From the NCBI GenBank assembly GCA_002269645.1, contig NIVC01003840.1, positions 1-64,000 of the forward strand: a stretch of DNA of 64,000 bases, in the 5' to 3' direction. Positions 55,801 to 64,000 of this stretch are shown here, piece after piece (the stretch's first letter is position 1; each line of letters begins with the position of its first letter). The translations under genes and the position numbers were made by a program. The notes below the pieces were generated by a model. It made no database searches, was not told the DNA's origin, and saw nothing but the letters and a program-made list of their open reading frames with translations. The DNA is from Macrostomum lignano. Its lineage: Eukaryota.

Positions 55801-58434
55801 TGTGCAATTCGTGAACCTCGCGCGGTTCTAAAATTCGAATCTCCAAATTATTTCGATGATGCGCGATGTGCCGCTGGACAACTTTGTAGGCCCATAGCGG
55901 CCTGTTCTCGTACATAAACACCATTCTGCCGCACAGCTTGATCAGCTGGTGATCCGACTCCCTTAAAAGGGTGTCCCTCTCCGGATGTCTACGCAACAGA
56001 GCCAAGATGTCGTCTGCGATTTTTAGGTTGCAATTATTAATTATAGATTTATTAAGATTGAAGTTGCTATATGCAACAAGTCGCTTTGATGGTGGTGGTA
56101 TCGACTGCACATGACGATAAAACTAGACTATACATGACGATAAAACTAGACTATACATGACGATAAAACTAGACTATACATGACGATAAAACTAGACTAT
56201 ACATGACGATAAAACTAGACTATACATGACGATAAAACTAGACTATACATGACGATAGAACTAGACTATACATGACGATAAAACTAGACTATACATGACG
56301 ATAAAATTAGACTATACATGACGATAAAACTAGACTATACATGACGATAAAACTAGACTATACATGACGATAAAACTAGACTATACATGACGATAAAACT
56401 AGACTATACATGACGATAGAACTAGACTATACATGACGATAAAACTAGACTATACATGACGATAGAACTAGACTATACATGACGATAAAACTAGACTATA
56501 CATGACGATAGAACTAGACTATACATGACGATAGAACTAGACTATACATGACGATAAAACTAGACTATACATGACGATAGAACTAGACTATACATGACGA
56601 TAAAACTAGACTATACATGACGATAAAACTAGACTATACATGACGATAGAACTAGACTATACATGACGATAAAACTAGACTATACATGACGATAGAACTA
56701 GACTATACATGACGATAAAACTAGACTATACATGACGATAGAACTAGACTATACATGACGATAAAACTAGACTATACATGACGATAGAACTAGACTATAC
56801 ATGACGATAAAACTAGACTATACATGACGATAAAACTAGACTATACATGACGATAGAACTAGACTATACATGACGATAAAACTAGACTATACATGACGAT
56901 AAAACTAGACTATACATGACGATAGAACTAGACTATACATGACGATAAAACTAGACTATACATGACGATAAAACTAGACTATACATGACGATAGAACTAG
57001 ACTATACATGACGATAAAACTAGACTATACATGACGATAGAACTAGACTATACATGACGATAGAACTAGACTATACATGACGATAGAACTAGACTATACA
57101 TGACGATAAAACTAGACTATACATGACGATAAAACTAGACTATACATGACGATAGAACTAGACTATACATGACGATAAAACTAGACTATACATGACGATA
57201 GAACTAGACTATACATGACGATAAAACTAGACTATACATGACGATAAAACTAGACTATACATGACGATAGAACTAGACTATACATGACGATAAAACTAGA
57301 CTATACATGACGATAGAACTAGACTATACATGACGATAAAACTTCAACAGAGAAACATATATGGTTAAGCGCAGATCATTACTCACTAGGCCTGTCGCCT
57401 AAACTGACAACAATATCCACAAAGTTGGAGCGCGACATTCGCGGCTGTTTCAGTCGGCCACCATCCGGCTGCTGCAGACGCCGCACGCTCAGGCACATCA
57501 TCGACGAGTCGCTCAATGCAGGCGGTAACTTGTTGCTTAAAGCTACGGGAAAATTAGTTCGAAGCCAGGCAACAAATGAGTCGCGATCTTCAGCCGTCTC
57601 AGCTTGCAACTCAGAGTCGACTAAACGCCTGACCTGGCTGGCGCAGTGGAACATCTCGATGAGCTCAGGGTCAGATGGAGAGGCGAGGCACAGAGGTTGA
57701 CGCTGACACAGTGCGGCGGTGAGCTGCTCAACAATGAGGCGAGACTCCAGATCGCTCGGATTGGCACTACTCAACGACAAGGTGACAATGCTGCCTAGAG
57801 GATCGGATTCTTGGCCTGTGGAAGTTCGGGGGTTCAGTTTTGAAATCATTTGTTTTTAGGTTCGTGCACTATATCGCTACGTCTAGGGTGACGTCCACCC
57901 ACAACCAGTGCTGCTCGTACAAACGCGCCAATACTGTACGCAGGCACGCACTCATATACAAGGTGAACAGTGGCCCAGACTTTCGAATCATCAAGAGTGT
58001 ACACCCTGACGTAAGGGGGGGGGGGAACCTCCAACCTCTAGACCAATTTTCGTGCGCACAAGTCCCAAACGAATGGGGCTGCCGTAAAAATTATAAAACC
58101 ATGTTTAAAGTTGTCTCCCACCTGCTTTCTCGGTCTGCTGAAAGCGACTAAAACTGCTCAGACGTTGCGATTCCTCAAATTCGGTGACCCGACGGAAATA
58201 GCTGTGGTCGAGAAACTCGAAGTAGTATTCCTGCCTGGATTTCATCAAGTGAATTAGACCCAGATCGCTTAGCTTTTTCCATACTAGATGCTTGAGCTGG
58301 GCAAAGGTGACGTCTAACGATATCATCAAGTCCAGTAGATAGGGAAAGTCATCTTGCTGAATGAGCACAGACAGCGGCTGCGGCTCAGAGTACACCTCCG
58401 AGTAAGCATAGTCTGAGTTTTCTTCATTCGCCAT
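49810..58434 (-). CDS. PIK3C(A/B/D): Class I PI3-kinase catalytic subunit (p110-like), 8 exons, ~1151 aa
   Basis: Exons 58434-58122, 57815-57387, 56013-55740, 55378-54152, 53460-53253, 52633-52271, 51659-51150, 49941-49810, all GT-AG and phase-consistent (3456 nt). Adaptor-binding-like N-terminus; C2 (DLPRAARL..IAWGNMPLFD); helical domain (LKYEAYPDSALAR); kinase motifs DSKMRP, FKCGDDLRQD, GIGDRH, HIDFG; C-terminal W..TVNWLF. Donor choice for exon 1 and acceptor choice for exon 6 are less certain. Confidence 0.92.
50018..51110. repeat. 24-bp minisatellite GTTCAGGGACCATTCTTAGATAGR (PI3K intron 7)
   Basis: 8-aa periodicity MVPELYLR. Confidence 0.97.
51870..52190. repeat. Degenerate telomere-like (C2-3TAAA/CCTAAC) tract (PI3K intron 6)
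   Basis: aaaccctaaacccaaaacc..cctaacctaaac.. ; no perfect array. Confidence 0.75.
52676..53190. repeat. 22-bp minisatellite GACACCCTCTGGTGGCATTCCT (PI3K intron 5)
   Basis: 22-aa (66-nt) periodicity in minus-strand ORFs. Confidence 0.97.
56108..57341. repeat. 23-bp minisatellite CATGACGATARAACTAGACTATA (~53 copies, PI3K intron 2)
   Basis: Two variants (AAAA / AGAA), otherwise homogeneous. Confidence 0.98.
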
Positions 58435-58452
58435 GAATGCGAACAGCAAGCA

Positions 58453-58458
58453 CTGAAA
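58453..58458 (-). promoter_or_regulatory. Unpaired 3' splice acceptor (candidate SL trans-splice site) upstream of the PI3K ATG
   Basis: ttatttgTTTCAG|TG, 18 nt before the ATG at 58434. Confidence 0.5.
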
Positions 58459-58689
58459 CAAATAAGCAAGGTTTCGATTCTACTGCTCAAGCTTATATTT
58501 TGTAAATCCTAAGTCTCCTAACCAATAACGGTCTAATGTTAAATACGAGTACTATTTGACCGCTTCAAGCTCTAAATAGTCGAATTTTGATATTGGTTAG
58601 GTGGCGTTTTTGATACTCGAGTAATATACTTGAGTTATAAAAAATAAATATACCATTTCAACTTCGAAGAGGGTTGGATTAATCTTAAC

Positions 58690-58860
58690 GCGCGTGGAGG
58701 TGCAAGAAGATCAAGGATTTCTGAGATTCTCGGTACATTGATGAGCCATGTGGAAGAAAAGCCGACTGTGACCGTTAAACAATCAGTCCTCTGATTGACG
58801 GGACTTGATCAATTACATTGAAGGATGTTACGACGACTTAATGGAGATAGGAAAGAATAG
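58690..58860 (+). pseudogene. Possible degenerate Tc1/IS630-like transposase N-terminal fragment
   Basis: GGARRSRISEILGTLMSHVEEKPTVTVKQ resembles the GG.R..K....L...E..P..T..Q linker; followed by stops; weak. Confidence 0.3.
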
Positions 58861-59454
58861 TGGCATGTCAAGAGAATTCCTACACACGATCTGAATGGCG
58901 GCGCGGAGACATTCATCCCCCCCCCCCCGGAGCGCGATGTATTTTTGTACACGCTGAAGTCAGTAAGTTAATTTGTCATGGTTAGATATTGTTGCATGTT
59001 ATATCATGTTAAAAAAACGGCAAATCAAGTTAGTTAAGGTGTGTCTTATCGGCAGTTTTCATCGCACAAGAAAGTAGGTAAAATTATCCCCATGTTGTTA
59101 TTTTTTTACCGTCTAATCATTAAAATAAATCATTATAAAACAAAACAGATAAAAAGTAAAGTGTAAAACAGAGGTGGTGTATTTATTGAGATAACGAGTG
59201 TGACAGTTTCAAACGTTATGAGCAAGGTAAATGTAACATCTAAAAAACTTTAAAAATTGCATGAACAATGCATGTCTAACTAAAGAAGCACTATTCACAG
59301 CCTTAATTTAGAAAATTCCATTTTGCAGAATTAAATTTTGCCTGATTTCAACAAGTTTAAATTAAGTAAAAAATATTCAAAAAGACCTTTTATCGTAGTA
59401 CACACAACAGTTGTTCGTAGAAGTTTTGATTGCAGCTTTTTTGAACAAAAAAAG

Positions 59455-59743
59455 TAATTGATTACACCTGTGCTAATGGTCAGATGTGCAAACGACAGCT
59501 CAGTTGCAGCTATTGCGCGGCGTATCTGAAAGCTGCGTACGACTGTTCAGTCCAAGGACTGGGGGTCGTCACACTCTCAATTACCCCATCTAATGCCGGT
59601 ATCTATTTTACAGCTGTGTGAACTAAAGCAATTTAGAGTGAAGTGTCTTGATCAAGAACACAAATTATTCTATCTGAGTCGAGAATCGAATCCCAAACCT
59701 TTCAGCCATGAGTCTGGCGCTCTAACCAGTGGGCTACAGTCCC
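59455..59743 (-). mobile_element. Full-length tRNA-derived SINE, family B
   Basis: Head GGGACTGTAGCCCACTGGTTAGAGCG..GGATTCGATTC (A and B boxes); body matches 24413-24634. Confidence 0.85.
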
Positions 59744-59847
59744 CTCGTCTCAAGCTACAACCGCTAACTTTGAACAAAGTCAACAGAAAAACGCATAGGT
59801 GATCGATTTTTTCCAAAAGCTTGTAAAAGCTGTTATTAATCTATCTG

Positions 59848-61805
59848 TCAATCGTTATAACGCGCAAACAAGGTCAGCTGAAGTATAGGTCCAACGCTTA
59901 GCGTGGTTAAATCAGACAGGACAGCTTCAGCAGCTGAGAACGATTTCGTCTGAAGCAAATTATGCTTCCGAAAAGAGAACACACCAACAGCGAACAATGG
60001 CAGAATTGTGAGACTGTCGTAGGCGACAATTCTATCCCAGAGTAGCAGCACCTGTTCCGGCAGCAGTAAACCGGAGAAGGCCAGCATCATCCAGCGGAAA
60101 GCGATGCGCAACGGTTGAATACCTTCGGAGCGTAGATGATGAAACAGTTCAGGCTCTTGAGTTTGCAGCAACGATTCAAATAGGGCGCACAGGCCCAGTA
60201 TGCTATCTGGTTCGGAGCTGATCACGTGCAACTTGTAGAAGTGGCGAGTGTACAGCTCGCGAAATACCAAGTAAAGCTCTTTGGGATCCGGATACAGAAA
60301 GCACAGCGGACACAGTAGCAGAGCGAATCCGTGGAACGGAATCACACCGGAGGGCGGATAGGCCACAGCGGCGGATTCGTCTCCAACCCGACCGTTCAAA
60401 TACGCCTTCGGAGCCGTGGCGCAACAGCGTCGATAAACTCCTACAATAGCTGGATCCCGGCTAAACATCAGCAATATCATGTGCAGATAGTCTTCAAACA
60501 CGAAGTACATATCATTGTTGGCGGCAGTCAGTTTGACATCTTTGAAAATAAGCGCGTCAACTAGCAAATCGTGGTCTAGCACGGCCTGTTTCAGGCCTTG
60601 GAGGTATTGTTCGGCGTGTCCGGTGACTGAGACGTCAAAAATTAACGACCAGAGGCGACCACGATAGGACAGAGGTACACCGCGTTTAGCCAACTCCTGG
60701 GCTAGGGGTGCACTGCCAGATTCGAGTACCTGCAAAATTGACAGGCAATTGATGTTGAGCAAAAAAGCCAGCTGTTGGTGTTGAGCGGGGGAAATTGACC
60801 TGCTGGTCCATGGCATTAACGTTGAAAAGACAGCTATGCGTCATAATACTAAAGTAGGCACTTTAATATATTAACAATTGCAGTGAGAAGATTGCTAACT
60901 TATTAGCCCAACCTTGAAACTGCAGTCTTAGACGTTCCGTTTTTTGGTACAATTAGCGCTACTCTGTCTTTTCGAAAGTGCTGAATTTTCATGCTTTAAA
61001 ATACAGCAATAATGCCAGTGTAGAAAAAGACATGTTTAGTAGCCAGGAAAGACTAGATAAACTACTGCTACTTGAATAGTAACTAACGAACCTTCACAGT
61101 GAGCTTTTCCCGTTCAACATCGCCGTCAGGCAGACACTCGTCATCTACGCCAGTCTGCGACAAGCTAATAGCCAAATCGTGATAGTCCAAACGTAGCTGG
61201 TCAATTGTTTTACAGCGCAACGGAGCGTGTATCAGGCCCCAGCGAGTGTCAGTCATCTCTGGCAGAGCGTTGGGACACCTGACTGCGACCAGCACTTCAA
61301 GGAAGTCCTTAGAAGCGTACACGGGTCTGATTGAAGAGACATCTTTCTCTATCACACTCAGCTCATTCCATTTCGACACCAGCGCGTTGAAATCTTTCTC
61401 CGTTCGACGGCGAGCCAACGGCAAGCCAAGATCTGAGCACATAGTGTTGAGACTTTTGCAGATCCGTTTCTCCCAATTAGCTTGAGCTCTGCCAATATGA
61501 GCAGCCTCACCAACTGGTGTTAACGACTGCTGCTGCTGCTGAGACAGCGGCTGCTGCTGATACTGGCGCTTGGGCAATTTAGCTGATGCAGCAAAAAGCC
61601 AGTTGATAACGCTGCGACGACTTTCAGGCGTGTTTAACCGATCTAACAAAGCGTCTTTAGCGGCGGAGAAGCCGCCACTACTAGAGGCCAAATAGCTGCT
61701 GGATGCGCCCGAAGTCAAGTCTTTCTCCACAGCTTCCAATAGGCTAAGATGCAGATCAGAGTCGAAGAAATTGCGGCAGAGTTCTTCTAAATCGGCTTCT
61801 TCCAT
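59848..61805 (-). CDS. TBC1D19: TBC1 domain family member 19; exons 61805-61092 and 60729-59848 (~531 aa)
   Basis: AQANWEKRICKSLNTMCSDLGLPLARRR, RPVYASKDFLEVL, IFKDVKLTAANNDMYFVFED and PPSGVIPFHGF are characteristic of TBC1D19; donor AAG|gttcgt and acceptor ttgcag|GTA are phase 0. Confidence 0.92.
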
Positions 61806-61840
61806 AGTGAGATGGAGCAATTATTGACCTCTTTGGTACA

Positions 61841-61846
61841 CTGAAA
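61841..61846 (-). promoter_or_regulatory. Unpaired 3' splice acceptor (candidate SL trans-splice site) upstream of the TBC1D19 ATG
   Basis: aaaaTTTCAG|TG, 35 nt before the ATG at 61805; minus-strand AATAAA at 61983-61988. Confidence 0.5.
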
Positions 61847-62371
61847 TTTTTTAGGAGAATTAACATGATTATAAATTGTTATGGAATCGTTTTATCCTTT
61901 AGTCTACGTATTATTATATACTACAAAACAAAACAAATCAAGAGAAACTATGATATCCAATCCAAAATAAATCCATCACTGGTTTATTGATTTCACAGCG
62001 GCATGACAGATACGCCAAAAAACAACCAATTTATCGAACCTAAACCAGGAAATGCTTTTCAAGCGTGAACTCCAGGTCTCCAGCAGATTAACTAGAAATT
62101 GAAAGTTAATTTAATTTCTCAAATGAAATGCTGCTGGCAAACATTTAGTAGTGAATTTTGGGGTAATCACAACCATCGCTATTAACACTATTGAATTGCG
62201 CATCATTTCGTCAGATTTCAACCGATTTTTTTAGAAAAAGCAAGCTGTTCTCCTTGAATTCTTTTGACAATAAGATAAACTATAAAAATCAAGCCTCAAT
62301 AGAGACATTCATCGAGCTCGTAGAAAAAAAACGGAACTAGAAGACGTTGTCTGATAATCTGGGAAGGCGGT

Positions 62372-62897
62372 GGTGGCCCAGCAACTCATGATCTATCCGG
62401 GAGGCTGGCCCAGCAACTGAGGATCTGGGAGGCTGGCCCAGCAACTGAGGATCTGGGAGGCTGGCCCAGCAACTGAGGATCTGGGAGGCTGGCCCAGCAA
62501 CTGAGGATCTGGGAGGCTGGCCCAGCAACTGAGGATCTGGGAGGCTGGCCCAGCAACTGAGGATCTGGGAGGCTGGCCCAGCAACTGAGGATCTGGGAGG
62601 CTGGCCCAGCAACTGAGGATCTGGGAGGCTGGCCCAGCAACTGAGGATCTGGGAGGCTGGCCCAGCAACTGAGGATCTGGGAGGCTGGCCCAGCAACTGA
62701 GGATCTGGGAGGCTGGCCCAGCAACTGAGGATCTGAGAGGCTGGTCTAGCAACTGGGGATCTGAGAGGCTGGTCTAGCAACTGGGGATCTGAGAGGCTGG
62801 CCCAGCAACTGAGGATCTGGGAGGCTGGCCCAGCAACTGGGGATCTAGGAGGCTGGCCCAGCAACTGCGAGGATCTGTGAAGCTGGCCCAGCAACTG
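62372..62897. repeat. 28-bp minisatellite GAGGCTGGCCCAGCAACTGAGGATCTGG
   Basis: 28-aa periodicity in minus-strand ORFs 62337-62912. Confidence 0.97.
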
Positions 62898-62993
62898 ACA
62901 CTCTAAATACAATCATTGACTTTCAATGCTTCTGAGACAATAGGCGATCAACGGTTCCCTTTCAGTCTCAACAGTTTATAAAGCATCCACGAT

Positions 62994-64000
62994 TCATTTT
63001 CTCCTCCTAGCCTTGGCCTTGCGAATTCCTCCGCTGCCACCAGACTTGGAGCTCGATGCGGGCGCTCGGACCAGATTCTTGTACTTGCCAAGACGGGCCA
63101 ACTTGCCAGCAACATTTTTACGGTTCAACAGCCGCCTATCCAACGACAGGTAAGAATAGGGGTCAAGACCGTCCGACTGCGTCTTCTTCTTTTTAATTTT
63201 AGTAGCGCCAGAAGAAGATTTTGCTTGCTTCCGCAATTGCTGCGACTTGTTCAGCTTGCCTCCAGCTGGCTGTTTAGTCATGTCCCGATGAATGCCCCGC
63301 CCGCCCGGCCGGTACTTGGGCTTGGACGCTGAATCGTCTTCATCATCGGATGAGGAGGACACGCCGCCGGAGATGCTGTCTTCGTCATCATTGATAGCGG
63401 CAGTGCCGACCTGCTGTTTCATCTTTCGACTCTGTTTAGCTTTCTCACCGACATCCGCATCATCCGAGTCGCTCTCCTCAATGATCAAACGTCCATCAGA
63501 CGACAATTTGAAATCGTCGCCCAGACGTCGCCGCTTGCTAGCAGCGTCAGCGGCGTCGGCGGATAGCGGCGGTCGGCTCCGATGGATCCTGGCGGCGGCT
63601 AGGGAGTCGCGCAAGTCCAGAATCTCGTCGTCGGCCTCCTCCAACCAGGCGGAATCTGCCAAGCGCTTGCTTCGAGACTTGTTGCCGCTTTTGGCGCTCT
63701 TGCTTCTTCTGCCGTCGCCGTCCTCCGAAGCGGAACTGTCAGACGACATGTTCAACAAGTCGTCGATGCCGCGTACAACTCGAGTAGCTTCGGAGCGTCC
63801 ACCGATGCTGCTGGAGTCTTCACGGCCAGCGGCTGTTTGTGAGTCTTCGCCGCGTTTGCCGCGCTGTTTCAGGCGCTCCTTGTGCTCGGTTCGTTTGCGC
63901 ACATTGGTCAGCTGTTTGTGATAGAAGGCCGGCAGGCCGGCGCGAAGCGTTTCGTAGGGAAAGCCGGCGAGCAGGTCGGTGAGGATGCGGCGGACAGTGG
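62994..64000 (-). CDS. RRP12: RRP12-like ribosome biogenesis protein, C-terminal part (5' portion off-window)
   Basis: Frame is open to the window end (FPYETLRAGLPAFYHKQLTNVRK); FKLSSDGRLII, YRPGGRGIHR and LDPYSYLSL match RRP12 C-terminal motifs. Confidence 0.88.
   Translation of the reverse strand, partial: TVRRILTDLLAGFPYETLRAGLPAFYHKQLTNVRKRTEHKERLKQRGKRGEDSQTAAGREDSSSIGGRSEATRVVRGIDDLLNMSSDSSASEDGDGRRSKSAKSGNKSRSKRLADSAWLEEADDEILDLRDSLAAARIHRSRPPLSADAADAASKRRRLGDDFKLSSDGRLIIEESDSDDADVGEKAKQSRKMKQQVGTAAINDDEDSISGGVSSSSDDEDDSASKPKYRPGGRGIHRDMTKQPAGGKLNKSQQLRKQAKSSSGATKIKKKKTQSDGLDPYSYLSLDRRLLNRKNVAGKLARLGKYKNLVRAPASSSKSGGSGGIRKAKARRRK

Overview
Eukaryotic, repeat-rich invertebrate genomic DNA. 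GC-rich exons, GT-AG introns, many 15-55 bp minisatellites and candidate trans-splice acceptors suggest a free-living flatworm such as Macrostomum; this is an inference and unverified. 1-6.3 kb (minus): a spliced Helentron/Helitron2-type Rep-Pif1 gene with an N-terminal OTU protease. Its three frameshifts are each a one-T deficit in a T run, and a small canonical Helitron sits in its first intron. 7.8-11.3 kb: nested tandem duplications whose junction carries an exactly flipped copy of the terminal hairpin arm. 11.3-23.1 kb: a cluster of small Cys-rich, Shisa-like single-pass membrane protein genes and pseudogenes, two with 25-28 nt microexons, plus a SINE and palindromic elements. 24.4-25.6 kb: a decayed mariner. 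27.3-45.7 kb (plus): a two-exon 5-HT2-like amine GPCR whose 16.8-kb intron is mostly satellite arrays. 49.8-64 kb (minus): RRP12 (3' part), TBC1D19 and an 8-exon class I PI3K catalytic subunit in tandem. TBC1D19 and PI3K each have an unpaired TTTCAG acceptor just before the ATG, making this a candidate SL-trans-spliced operon. Most long ORFs in the supplied track are translations of tandem repeats. No CRISPR, rRNA or genuine tRNA was found. All exon models were built by hand from splice-site and phase logic; no database search was run.
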